From: Lophium mytilinum
Taxonomy: Eukaryota
DNA: 64,000 nucleotides
Assembly (NCBI GenBank): GCA_010093605.1
Contig: MU004187.1
Span: forward strand, 1,664,882 to 1,728,881
Reading direction: 5' to 3'
Shown here: positions 11,923 to 24,881 of the stretch, piece after piece
Layout: the number at the start of each line of letters is the position of its first letter
Numbering within the stretch: position 1 is the first letter of the stretch
The notes under the pieces: generated by a model
Databases searched by the model: none
What the model saw: the letters and a program-made list of their open reading frames with translations, nothing else
Told to the model about the DNA's origin: nothing
Position numbers and translations under genes: made by a program

Positions 11923-14554
11923 ATGGAGTCCATATCGAGGATCTCTAGTATGCTGGAAACAGGTGAACCTCATTCGGACTCTTCGAAGTCTCCATACAGC
12001 TGCTAATATGGCATCACAGCTCGCGACCTCACCCTCGAGGCAGCTAGAGATGCCAGCTATATCCGCAAGACTTCCACTCGGCCTTTGCCAGCCGCCCAGC
12101 TCAAGAAGCTGCTGGATAGCCGCACAGAAAGAGATGTACTTGAGGGGTTACGGAAAGTGATTACTGTATGTCTGCCTCCACTTTCAACTTGGCACGCCTC
12201 CGTAAATCAAGATCATGCTCTCAATACTTCCTGCATATCAATGCTCAAGTCCTATAGCTAACTAACCCATACAGATGGACTACCGCAATCAACCCACCCT
12301 TCCCTTCTTTACCTCCGTAATCAAGAACATCGCCTCCCCCTCCCTCGAAGTCAAAAAGCTCGTGTATATCTATCTCCTGCACCATGCCGAAGCCGAGCCT
12401 GACACTGCTCTGCTCTCCATAAATACAATCCAGAAGTCACTGGCGGACTCGAATCCCCAGGTTCGCGCTCTCGCCCTTCGCGTCATGTCTGGTATTCGCG
12501 TACCCGTCATCTCGCAGATTGTGAGCTTAGGCATTAAGAAGGGCGCGGGTGATATGAGCCCATATGTACGGAGAGCTGCTGCGTTGGCGGTGCCAAAGTG
12601 CTATGCGTTGGATCCAAGTACACTACCACAACTATTGGAATATCTGGCGACGCTGTTGGGGGATAAGCAGTACTTCGTTGTTGGGGCGGCTGTGGCTGCG
12701 TTCCTTGAAGTGTGCCCAGATCGTATGGACCTCATACACCCACATTACAGGAGTCTGATACGGAAGCTCGTGGATATGGACGAGTGGGGGCAGCTGGCAA
12801 CATTACGGCTCATGATGGTATACGCACGGAAGTGCTTCCCAAGACGGACACGACGGGTAAAGAAGACTGTCATCTCAAGTACTACCAATAAACCCGCAAC
12901 CAAATCTACAAAGGGCTTTTACGACAGCGAATCCGACTCCTCCGACTCCTCATTCTCCCAATCCTACGAAGAAATCCAAATCCTAGACCCCGACCTAGAA
13001 CTCCTCCTCAAATCCGCCTCCCCCCTCCTACAATCCCGCAACTCCGCCGTCGTCATCGCCGTCGCGCGCTGCTACCTCTACCTCGGCACCCCAACCCACC
13101 TCGACGCCGCCATCGGGCCCCTAATATCCCTCCTCCGCTCCGCCGCCGACATCCAGCACATCGCCCTTTACAACATCGTGCAAGTCTGCCTCGCGCGACC
13201 CCAGCCTTTCGTAAACCACTACACCCACTTCCTCGTCCGCAGCACCGACGCGCCCCACATCTGGCGCCTCAAACTCGAACTCCTCACCCTAATCTTCCCC
13301 CACGCGCCCCCGCGCCTGCAGTCCCTCATCCTCGCCGAGCTCTCCCACTTCTCCCGCAGCAGTGGCTCCCAAGACCCAGGCCTCGTGCGTGAAGCCGTCC
13401 GCGCCATCGGCCGCTGCGCGCAGAGCTCCGCCACCTCTCCGCGCACATCAGCGCGCTGTCTACGCTTGCTGCTCGCGCACATCGGCTCCGCGGACGCGCA
13501 CCTCGTCGCCGAGAGCTTAGAGGTGATCCGGCACCTGATCCAGCGCGACCCAGACGCGCACCGCACGACCGTCGTGCGGCTCGCGAAGCACCTCGATGCC
13601 GCGACCAGCGCCCAAGCACGCGCCAGCATCATCTGGCTAGTCGGCGAGTTCGCGGGCGTCGACCCCGCCAACAACATCGCCGCCGACGTGTTACGGATTC
13701 TCGCAAAGGGGTTCGCGGATGAGGCCGAGGCGGCCAAGTTGCAGATTGTATTGCTAGCTGCGAAGGTCTACGTGCACTATCTAAACGCGAACCCACCTTC
13801 AGACCCACCTCAAGTACAGCCGAAAGCCTCGCCGTCGCTACTAGATGGGCTGGATGATGACAGTGGATTCAGAGATGCTGAGGTCCCGCAGCGGAAAGAA
13901 CCTGAGAAAAAAGAGACGCACCCGATACCGGCGCTGTATCATTATATTCTTTTACTTACCCGCTACGACACCTCCTACGACCTGCGCGACCGCGCCCGCG
14001 TCTACCGCGCCCTTCTCGCCACGCCGTCATCAACTCAGCTCGCGTCGCTGCTGCTCCTAGCGCCGAAGCCGGTCCCGCAGACCCCGAGCCCCAGCGAGGC
14101 GCGCAAGGGCTACACCCTCGGCAGCGCGAGTCTGGTGGTTGGTGACGAGGGCGGCGTCGGCGGGCTGCGGGGGTACTCTGACCTCCCGCCATGGGTAGCG
14201 GAAGGCCAGGAGCCGGACGCGCGATTGCGGGATGAGGCGGTGGGTTCGAGTCGGGAGTACGAGCCTATGGCCTCGCGGAGCCAGACGGCGAGTGAGCGGT
14301 TGGATAGCGCGGTTAGTGCTGTGCCTACCTCGGCTTATAGTCGGTCGCCGGCTGGGGATACGGTGCTGGCGCCGAAGAAGGCGAGCGCGAATGGGGTCAA
14401 GGAGAAGTCGTTGGATGATTGGCTGGCGGAGGATGAGGAGAGCGGGGAGACGGAGACGGAGAGTGAGGAGGAGGAGAGTACGGAGGAGGAGGAGACGGAG
14501 AGTGAAGAAGAGAGCGAGGAGGATGGGGAGGGGGATCGGTTGGTCAAGTCGTAG
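11923..14554 (+). CDS. APL6: AP-3 adaptor complex beta subunit, 3 exons
   Basis: MESISRISSMLET|ARDLTLEAA..; Adaptin_N motifs EVKKLVYIYL, ALLSINTIQKSL.DSNPQVRALALRVMS, DMDEWGQ, YDTSYDLRDRAR; acidic tail. Confidence 0.93.
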
Positions 14555-15780
14555 TAGACTGGACAAAGAAAATTACATCGATTTCGTGCTACCCATATTA
14601 TTTTGCCCTTCAGATGAATTGAAGTGAGTGAGTTTCTCGCTTAATCTGACAAAATTCGATTAGTGTCTTCGAAAAATCTTCGTGTGCGCATTTGAGGTAT
14701 TGAGGGTTATGTCAATAGATCTAGCCTCAGCGTTGTGGAGGCGTCTATGATGGATCCAAGGTTCTACAATTGAAGGAGCGTACGAAATTCCGGAGTTGCC
14801 GTGCTTGCTCAGTCTCGCAAAGGCACGGCAAGTCGTGCTTGTTATGCATATCTTCTACGTTGAAACTTGGATGCACTAGATTATCTCGAGGTACCGAGGT
14901 GTTCTAGAGAGCGCATCTAAAGCTTCAGCTCTTTTGAGTTCCGAAGGCCTGTGACACCGACGTAGTCGAGTCTTGATTCTGTAAGTCGGTCAGTCATGCG
15001 AGCTTACCGTAGCGCTTGACCAGGCTCCAGACACTCCGCCGGCCAACATTGTCCGGTACCTATAGCTACCCATTGTCCCCGCTGTTCGTCCACACGATCG
15101 CACAAGGGCCATTAAGTACCGCGAATAGTCGCACTCATCGAGATAAAAATCTACCTTGGCCGAATTAACGCGAAAGGGATATGAAAAAGGCACACGTCTT
15201 GAAAGTACAGAGACAATGTATGACGAGTGACTGTGACTGACGGAGCAGAGGTTGATGGTGACATTTGAGGTTTTGTAGAATGAGGTGTCATGATCAAGAA
15301 GTGAGGCAGATGAGGCAGAAACATTGTATTAAACCTGATGACAAGAAGGTAAGGGCTGACAGTTTTCTGAGTTCTGAAAGGGTGAGAAAAAGAAGTCTAC
15401 TAGAAGAAAGTAGCATACGCCGGCAATCCATAGAAAGGACAACCGTGGGATCCGAAACCGACCTGGCAGAGTTGCCACTTTTTGAAGGAACAAGATCCAC
15501 CCAATGCCCACCAGATGACTCCAAAGACAAAATGAAAGTATGGACGCCCGCCCTGGTGCTGTAACGGTCTAGAAGACCATGAGCTCCAAGCCTCACAAGC
15601 CTGATGTAGTTAAAGGTGTTAAGACCGAAGAGCCGAAAACCGGTCGTCTGGTTAGTAGACAAATTACAAGCCGCCAGCCCCAAAGTACAAGGAAAAGTGT
15701 ATGGTACAGTCGAAAAGAAAAAGAGAACTTGCTCGGAGTTGGCAAATGAGGAAGAAGTATCGGCAGGGTCGACAGGAAGT

Positions 15781-18030
15781 TCAGCGGCGGCTAGCAGCAA
15801 TTAGACATTAAGCAGTTTTATCACAAAAAGGTACTCACCTATAAGCTGCAGCGACTTGCGGTTGGCGTCTCTTGTACCTAGGGGTAAATTCGTCGTGTTG
15901 ACGTAACTTCTCCTCTGGTTCGCCATCATCGTAGCTTCGCTTTCGCGAGGTCGAACTGTCAGTACGATCCAAGCGAGGCTCGGCGAAGCTGCCTGCTCGG
16001 GGTTTGGCATCTATCTCTGGAACATTGGGAGCGGTGTTGTCATCGTCTCCACCGAAGTCCGACCCAACGAGAGTGCGGTGGCTGCCTTCAGATTTGGGAC
16101 TCTCATGAGTGGCATCGAAGGCACCGTTTCCGTTTGTCCTATCATAAGATTGACGACGATTCCAGGATCCGAAAGGTGGCGAACGCGGAGGCGGTGGCGG
16201 TCGTGGATGGGACATTGAGCTATAGGCGCGCTGTTGCGGCGGTGGCGGTCCGTAACTGTTCTTCCGATATCCACCATATGAATGGGACCGAGATTGTGGT
16301 CTCTTATCTTCGTAGGATCTTCGCCATGTGTCAGTAAATATGAAATCAGATAGAAGATTGAATTCTTACCGTGGGGGGTGGCTGGGCGCCCGGACACGCT
16401 CTTCTTGAGCATCAAGCGACACGGCGACATGAACATCTGGATCAGCTGGCGTAGGTGATCCGGTAACGCCTAGTTTCAACAGTAAGTCTTCTTGACCTTG
16501 AGTCAGGCGATCAAAGCCCAGCTGAGGTTTGGTACGAGGAGCTGGCTTGCCAGCAGAAGTCTGTCCAGAGTCTAAAGCCTGCTCAAGGTTGTCCATGATA
16601 TTCCAGTCCGAATTCTTCCTAACTTCATCCCGTCCAAAGCGGAGTTCATCGTCGAGGTGTTCCCAATCCGGGCGATCCCGATTGCGAATAACATCGTCGA
16701 TACGGATCATCTCAGTCTCACGCAAGGGGAATTTCGTGAAAACCGGATCATCGCAAACATGTTCCCAGTCATCCGTCTGTCTGACATCCAGGCGGGCTTC
16801 GTAAGAGTTCCCAAGCCCAAAGTAAATAGAGCAAGATTCCCCGTTGCCAAGCTTAGGCTTAGGTGGTTTCAAGGCGGCTTCTTCCGCTTCATCAAAGGTC
16901 GACTTTAGGGCACGAGTCACCTGCTTAGGGGGATGCCATACTGGTCAAGTCAGTAGTGGTCCAACAGCTTTTGGCAATACACTCACTCAGAACGCCTAGA
17001 CTCAAATTTGGATCAATGGGCTCGTTCCCCTTCGGCCAGATGGCACCGTCAAAGTCGAAGTCCCAGTCGTCCCATCCTAGGTACAGATCTGGCTTCTGGT
17101 CATTGGGGTCCACGCTCGCACTCTCGGATTGATTCGAAATCGGCTGCTCAGTGCTTGGCTGAATTGAGGCAGGCACTGGTGTTGCGTTTGGGTCATGAGG
17201 TGGCTGAGAGCTGTAGCCGTTGGCATTGGGGGGATAAGGCTGTTGGTAGGAAGCCTGCCAAGCTTGAGCGGACTGCTGGTAAGCTGCTGCGTTAGGGTCG
17301 GCGGGAGCTGCAGCGGGTGCGCCAGTCTGAGGATAGCCTTGGTAGGCAGCTTGATAAGACTGGTGCTGTTGATATGCCTGTACTGGTGCTTGGTACGCTG
17401 CGTGCGGTTGGGCATACGCTTGCGCTGAGTACCCTTGCGAGTAGGTCTGCGGTTGCTGATAAGTTGCCGGCTGTTGGTAATTGGCAGGTGCTTGGTAACC
17501 GGCCGCTTGCTGAGGGTAGCTTTGCGCCGCTGGTTGCTGGTAGTTGGGCTGCTGATAGCCTTGCGTATATCCACCTTGAGGTGCAGGTGCTTGGTAGCCG
17601 GCCTGTGCGCCTTGGTAGGGGCCTTGATAACCTGGAGGAGGCGGATAGCGTGTTATTACAGGATTGCCTTTCTTCTTCCCCGTCCTTTATATAATTAGTT
17701 TGGCTAGGGGAACAAAAACGGACGGAATTAGAGAGAGTGGCATTCCACGTGGCGCCAAAAGCTCCGGAATGAGTGGCAGCTGACTTACCGATCGGACGGC
17801 GCTCCGGAGGGAGCTCCGCCTTGGGGTGATGTAGCCGGCTGGCCTTGATATGGCGGCTGTTGATAAGCTTGCTGGCCATAAGGTGCTTGCTGTCCATATT
17901 GTTGTTGGGGGTACTGCGGGGCGGCTTGTCCATACGCAGGCTGCTGGTATGGCGGTTGCGTGCCAGGGTATGGGGGTTGCTGGTACGGCGTTGCAGAGGC
18001 ACCACCTTGGGCAGAGCCGCTCCAAGCCAT
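15781..18030 (-). CDS. Hypothetical protein with long Q/Y/P/G-rich prion-like N-terminus, ~5 exons
   Basis: Several ORF-track fragments joined by GT-AG introns; YQQP/YQAP repeats, then WDDWDFDFDGAIWPK..WHPP..VRQTDDW..DDPVF; ends RRQPQVAAAY|SRR* (TGA 15781-15783). Confidence 0.8.
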
Positions 18031-18789
18031 GACGAGAAGTAGGAGCTATAAGATATGAGAATGGAACAAGAGTTTCGAGATGGATGAGGTGAGATTTTGA
18101 TGAATTTGAGAGGAGAAGGCAGATGTGAGACAATTGTGACGGGTGGATCAAACCTTACCTGGCTCTACCTACGAACCGTGGGCCTGGGTCTTGGCGAGAA
18201 AGGCGGTTCTAATGAAAGCTCGACTATTGACGCGTCCACGATGGAGAAGAAGAGAAATACAAGCTCGTCATGTGAGCTACGGCGTTGGTAGAAGAATTGT
18301 CACCTGAAGTGAGATATGGCGCGGGCGTGAATGGCTGGCCGGCGACCAATACAGCCCTGCACGTATAGGAGCTACAAGGACACGAACAAGAGACAATTGA
18401 CTATTAAGTTGAGGACCAGAGACGAGAGACAGCGAGATAATGCAGCAGAAACAGAATGCAAGGCAGGCGAGGGGCTCACAACGACGCGGCGTGATAAGAG
18501 GAAGAGAGGAGGTTGAAGTTTCGAACGGCCTTGAACGTGACTCGCAGCTTCCCAGCACGGGCCGCCCGCCAGCTTCGCTCTGGACGATACCTCTCGCCGG
18601 ATCTTTGCCTCACTACCGCTCGAGAATTATACGCCCGCCCTCCGCACTGCCACTCTCGCTCAGATGTGTCGAACATGATTGTACGATACGGTCGACTGCT
18701 AGCAACCCGCTTAGCCTCACTTTTTTGTCCCTGAACCCCCCGACGGATGCAGCGCCCGGCGCAGACGTACCCCCCTCCACGCCTCCGAC

Positions 18790-19874
18790 ATGCCAGGTCT
18801 TCCGTGTACGTGTCTCGCCCGCTTCTTAGCCCTAGGCGGCAAGGCTGACATTTTCCGGCAGCGACTGTCGACCTCGACGAGTGTATATCACGGCTGTCTA
18901 AGAAAGAGCTCCTCGCCGAGTCAGTCATCGAGGCAATATGCGCAAAGACGAAGGAGTTGCTGATGAAGGAGAGCAATGTGGTCCATATCCGGGCGCCAGT
19001 CACGGTGGTGGGCGACATCCACGGGCAGTTCTTTGACCTGATGGAGATATTCAAGATCGGCGGGCCTTGTCCAGACACGAACTACCTGTTCCTAGGTACG
19101 TTGACGGCCTCCGCTCCGCAATACGCGACATCGGCATGAAAGCTTGGGCTGACTGAGATCACTTCTACAGGCGACTACGTAGACCGCGGCCTCTTCAGCG
19201 TCGAAACGATTTCCCTTCTCGTCTGCCTCAAGCTGCGCTACCCCCACCGCATCCACCTCATCCGCGGCAACCACGAATCCCGCGGCGTCACCCAGTCGTA
19301 CGGCTTCTACACCGAGTGCTCGCGCAAATACGGCAATGCAAACGTCTGGCACTACTTTACCGACATGTTCGACTTCCTGACTCTGTCCGTAGTGATTGAC
19401 GACCAAATATTCTGCGTACACGGCGGCCTGTCGCCCTCTATACATTCCATCGACCAGATCAAGATCATCGACCGCTTCCGCGAGATCCCGCACGAGGGCC
19501 CGATGGCGGATCTTGTATGGAGCGACCCCGACTCCGAGCGCGACGAGTTCTCGCTGAGCCCGCGGGGCGCGGGGTACACATTTGGCGCGCAGGTGGTGAA
19601 GAAGTTCCTCGAGGTCAACGCCATGTCGCACATACTACGGGCGCATCAGCTGTGTCAGGAAGGATACCAGGTATTATACGATGACCGGTTGAGCACCGTG
19701 TGGAGTGCGCCGAACTACTGCTATAGATGTGGGAACATGGCGAGTGTGTTAGAAGTTAGCAACACAGGGGAGAAATTCTTCAATGTGTTTGAGGCAGCGC
19801 CTGAAAACGATATACACCGCGCCGAACAGCAACAACAGCAAGGAAAAGAAGTGACGACAGAGTATTTCCTTTGA
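18790..19874 (+). CDS. PPG1: PP2A-related Ser/Thr phosphatase catalytic subunit (Ppg1 type), 3 exons
   Basis: [36 protein letters not shown]-terminal [14 protein letters not shown] and [16 protein letters not shown] fit the Ppg1 subfamily. Confidence 0.9.
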
Positions 19875-20063
19875 GCTCAACAGCGGGGTCACATATGGCA
19901 TTGGACATGTATCGCGCTGACGGTGGAATGGAGGTGTCAATGCCGCATGCATTAGAGGCGTTGGGGAGTTCACGCGTCGTCTGTACCTTTGGGGACAATA
20001 CCACTATACATAACAAGCGTGGGTGGCATGGAGGTGGTGTTTCGCTCTATGCACATGTGCTTT

Positions 20064-21773
20064 TCAGCAACCTAGATACCTGGTCTCCACCCATCTACTC
20101 TCCATGTCGTCGCCCATCCGTCCTATCACAACTTTGATCTCGGGGAACACGCTCAGCAGCCTATTCACTCCAATCTTGCCAGCCATATAGGTCACAAAGA
20201 CTATCCTCTCTTCTGGAACGCCATGATCGACGAGCACGCGGACCGCCATCAAAGCAGAAGCGCCAGAGGACATTTGCGGATCCAGTAAAAGGACGAGTCC
20301 ATCTTTTGACAGGTCTAGAAAGCTTTCGTCAGCACTGCTCTCAAGAGGACATGAAACACGTACTGGCAGGCAAAGCTCGATAATGCAACTCCGGCTCTCC
20401 CGTCTTATCGTCCGTCTGGATCAAAACCCGTCCAGTTCTACAGTCCGGGATACTTCGCCTCAACCCCGTCTCAAACGCACTCCCGCCCCTCAAAATCACC
20501 ACCGCGCTCACCTCCCCGCTCTTCTTGAGCCCCATGTACACATACTCCTGCGGCGTCTTGATTTGCTTCGGCTGAAAGTGGAGGAAGTCGATAGCCTTTT
20601 CGACTAGGAGAGTTACCATGCGGTCGAAGTAGAAGATGTAGTCTTCTTTCGAAGTGGCGGGGTCTATCAGGAGTGTGTTCATGCCAAGGACTTGGTTCGT
20701 TTGGGGAATGACAATAGCGTTGGGTAGGAGTGGGCTGTCAGAGGCGACTTCGCCCAGGCGCCGGAGCTCGACTTGGTGGAGTTTAGATTTGTGGGCGAGG
20801 ATTTTTTCAACGCGGTCCGAGACCATGCCTAGGAAGATGAGAGGGTAGTGGGGAAAGGTTGTATTTGGGATTGTTTACCTATAGCTACTTTATTTTCGAT
20901 ACCGCGTGGTATGATGAGGTCTTGAGCCTGTTAGATATATCTCGACGGACGTTTTGTTTGTTCGGCTTAACTCACCGGCTAGTTCTCGCTGTGGCCCTAC
21001 GTATCTGTGGAAATTGGGCTTGACGAAGTCAAACCATTGCTTAATGCAGCCTTCGATATCGCGGCCCCTTTCCCTGATATCACGTAGGACTGTTGTGAGG
21101 GGCGTCAGTTACAATAGACTTAACTTTAAGATAGCAAAAACCTACGTCTTCGGGACAAACAGAGATCTCCATCGGCTTCGGCAAAAATCTTCAATAGCTA
21201 TTAGCAGCATGCAACAGAAGTTCCCGAAGTTACTTGCCTTCAAGTCTAGCAAATCAAGTACACGTTCGTCGTGAAGAGCAAAGATACCCTCTAGAATCAA
21301 GACATGGGGAGAATAGATGGAAATGGTTTTGTCAAGCCGCGCGTGCTTTTCAAATGAATAGATAGGAACTTCCGCCACCTTTCTAGGGATGTATTAGCTT
21401 GTATTTACATACGAGATGATCAGATAAAGAGGCGCAATACCCCTTCTTCAGTTCTCTCAACACGTCCACCAATTTGTCAAAATCGATCGCATCCGGAGAA
21501 TCAAAATCGAACTCGCTTCGAAAAGCTGCCGCGGATTGTTCCGGCGTCAAGACCTTGTAGAATGAATCCTTCTCGAATTTAGCACAGGTCACGAGACCAT
21601 CGGTGGTGATAGTAATGGCCAACCATGGATAAGATAACGACCCAAGGAAGATTCATAGCCGCCACAATTGCAAGGGCCAGTGAAGTCTTCCCGGAGCCAG
21701 AGCTCCCAGCTACTCCAATAATGCTGGCGTTCCCCCATGGCGGCGAATAGTCACATCTGTCTGTCGGGGCCAT
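20064..21773 (-). CDS. URK1: Uridine kinase with C-terminal UPRTase-like domain, multi-exon
   Basis: [73 protein letters not shown]. Confidence 0.92.
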
Positions 21774-22122
21774 GATGCACTGGAAGATTCTCGACGTCTA
21801 GGTTCTGAAAAAGTATCTCAGCACATGGCGGCATAGGCTTGAGATCTAGTAGTACTGGGTTAGCAATCTGACGGACTGAAAAACCAAAAGGACACGATGT
21901 AAGGCATAAAGTGAGCAACTGATAGCAGAAGGTCCGAAGCACGTGCCATACAGCGCCAAGCCGCTAAGTGGAGCTGTAAGTTGAGTTCTTCCCGCCAACG
22001 TCAACTCTTCTTCCTCCACAACCTTCTCCCCAAAAATCTCCTCACCTCCCACCATCACCCGGCTTCGGTCGAGTCGCGCCTCTCACCGACTGATGGAGAT
22101 ACGGTAGCACACTCCAGCCAAA

Positions 22123-23341
22123 ATGGTAAACCGTCTCGGTCCCGCATGTTGCTGCCTGCAAAGCTTACCCGATGAAAGAGCTCCTCCACTGTTTCAGTGT
22201 CGGCAGCGACGCCAACCACGCGGCACTCCTTTCAGCGCCGCGTGGACGAGATCAAGCCTTCCAAGACGTAAGTACCAGCTCGAGCACCCTTGTTCCTGTC
22301 GCCTACCTTACATGATGTGTTAAAATCAAATTGGGAATCTCTCCGAAAATTTCGTGTGGAGAATATGTTAATTTGTTGTCTGATCAAAGAGTTCATTCTT
22401 ATACCTCGTTACTTTTTCCGCACATTCCCATGGAGAACATCTGGCTAACGAGGCTCAATGCTATTGACAGTGATATCAACTTCGTCATTATGGACTACCT
22501 GATCAACGAAGGATACCCGTCGGCGGCGAAGAAGTTTGCCATGGAGGCCAACATCCAGCCACCGGTCGAAGAAGAAACCATCCTCCCGAGAGTAGAGATC
22601 AGAAATGCCATCTACGCCGGCGACATCGAAAAGGCCATCCACAAGATCAATGACCTCAATCCTCAAGTCAGTATCCCCAGTCCTCCTTCAACCACCAACC
22701 CGTTGCTATGATTATATATGTTTCATGCACCACTCATAATCTTGTTGATGATAAACAACTCCCTTGACACTTCAGTCCTCAGTATGAGCAACGTCAAAGT
22801 CATTACTCTTTTTAGGCTACGCACCCTATTGGATCAAGCTAACAAGTACTTGGACTTGCAGATTCTGGACTTAGACCCTACCCTCCACTTCGCCTTGCTT
22901 CGTCTTCAGCTGATCGAACTAATCCGAAAGTGCATGACGACACCGGATGCCGACATCACCCCCGCCCTTACCTTTGCGACCTCTCAACTCGCTCCGCGTG
23001 CACCCACGAATCCCGAGTTTCTAGAGGATTTAGAGCGAACAATGGCTCTCCTCATATTCCCTCCTGAGAACCTAGCTCCCCCACTAGCCGCTCTACTGGA
23101 CCCTGCCCTCCGACAGACCGTCGCGAATCGGGTGAACGAAGCTATACTCGGAAGCCAAGGTGCACGACGCGAAGCACGGATACGCAACCTCGTCAGGCTG
23201 CGTACGTGGTCCGAGAAGAAAGCTCGAGATGCCGGCAAAGACATTCCCGAAAAGCTGGACTTCGGGCTCAACGCTGACAAGGAAGTAGACGAAGACGATG
23301 CTATGAATGGTAATGGAGAAACCGATGCTATGGTTTCGTGA
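22123..23341 (+). CDS. GID8: LisH/CTLH/CRA protein, GID/CTLH E3 ligase subunit, 4 exons
   Basis: ATG|SSTVSVSAATPTTRHSFQRRVDEIKPSKT|DINFVIMDYLINEGYPSAAKKFA (LisH)..RVEIRNAIYAGDIEKAI (CTLH)|ILD..LHFALLRLQLIELIR..LERTMALL (CRA). Introns 22126-22178, 22268-22470, 22667-22861. Confidence 0.88.
22307..22388 (+). ncRNA. Intronic box C/D snoRNA candidate, SNORD79/U79-like
   Basis: C box ATGATGT 22312-22318, guide TGGGAATCTC, D' CCGA 22343-22346, C'-like GTGGAGA, D CTGA 22380-22383; guide is complementary to the LSU rRNA motif GAGAUUCCCA. Confidence 0.75.
22701..22793 (+). ncRNA. Intronic box C/D snoRNA candidate, snR40/U32-like
   Basis: Terminal stem CGTTGC/GCAACG, C box ATGATTA 22708-22714, guide CATGCACCAC 22724-22733 complementary to SSU rRNA GUGGUGCAUG, C' TTGATGA 22745-22751, variant D box ATGA 22784-22787. 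Confidence 0.72.
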
Positions 23342-24881
23342 TGCTTTGTATGACTAGTTTTTTAGCGATGGCGTAACGACCGGCGACAGTCACGGCGGAT
23401 CTTGGCGATTGGGAAGGATAAGCCTTGCTTCTGCTTCTGTATGATAGGCTTGGGTCTGGGATTTCGGGCGTGCTTTTATGATATCTGTTACGATAAGAAC
23501 CGGATGATATCAATAATTTCAATGAAACAATATCTCTTGATGGCATTTGCCAAACATCTTTTTCTTCGTTGAGTTAATCGGTAACACCATCGAGCCTTGA
23601 GAGAAAGTAAAAGCTTCCCTTCCTAAATCGGCGTATTATTGACTACCCGTTGGCGTAATGTCTAGGTATTGGAACTAGCTTTCGTTTACGTTTCCCTCTG
23701 TCTAAGTCTCTGATCTGATCTGCAGGCCTTGCCAATAGTATGCTACCTTTGAGTCCGAATTACACGGACTGGCGCCCGTTCATGCTTCTTGACTACGCCA
23801 AAGTCGACCTTTTTCCAGGGCCTGATTTGCAAGCCACGGAAGAAACATTTCAAAAACACAACGCAAATCAAATGTCCTATACTACATTGTTTACGATAGT
23901 CAGATTCATGGTCCACTCAATATCATGCCCAAGCCGAGTCCAATAGCACGTTCTAGGTCCGGTTTGAGTATTTCACTGTCGTTAGCTGACTTCCTCTGGA
24001 ACTCTGTGTAAATGTCTTGTCGCTTAGCTCCAGCGAAGAACCTCCTTCAGCCCCTCGCTGACATGCTATTGACGCGCGGTCGTTGGGTCTGCTAGTCAGA
24101 CTAAGACAGCATTGTGCAGACCTCTCCTATCAAGTATCGTTGTCTCCGCTAGCTACGTAAGCCTCATTCATGATTTTTACGAGAGGACTAGAACCTACGG
24201 CGCTTGGTTCACTAGGCCTACTTCTAGTGTGCCTGCCTAGAGGGAGAGGAAAGTGGAGATTTGGCAATGTGGCTCTCGTGTATAGTTCATGTCAAGCTCC
24301 GATGTTAGTATGACCCTTGCCTTTAGATTGCGGACGCGTGACATTTTGTAGGTACGGGTGAAAACCGGGAGCAAGTAAGAGGTGATAAAGACCTACAATA
24401 CTAAGGCGTGGCTTTTGACATTCTGGTCGTGTACTCGGGGTATCCCGATGCGGTTTCAAATTTGACATACGATGTAGATTTCGGCGCAGTAGAAATCGGG
24501 CTGCCGTTTGACTGACCGAAACTATGCGAGCTGGAGCACTCCTTACAGTGGCATCGAGTGAGCAAGAGTGAAATCCGATTGGTGGGATGTCGGTGTGCCT
24601 ACATTAACGAAGTAGTACTGTGTGCAAAGGCTTGATCATCACATATCATATGCACCAAGGACAAGGGTATTGGAAATGCACATTCATCTATCTGGTCTGA
24701 CCATCCTCGGTAAAAGAAATAAAAGACTTCGACACCTGCTCTAGCCCCTTAAGCTATCTCGCACTGTTGTTGTACACAATTCCTTTGAGAGACATCTTTG
24801 CTCTTCTCAACATGAAAATCGCACTGAGCTTCCACAAGCTGTACACCTACATTCAAGCATGGTCCATGCTTCCACAATGCC

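Noticed and set aside
4209..14627. Long antisense or overlapping ORFs (e.g. 4209-4919, 6730-7473, 10956-11471, 13219-13737)
   Set aside because: Shadows of real GC-rich genes on the other strand or frame; no independent motifs.
14796..14831. Hairpin TTGCCGTGC...GCACGGCAA between convergent genes
   Set aside because: An isolated 9-bp stem is expected by chance at this scale; no other support.
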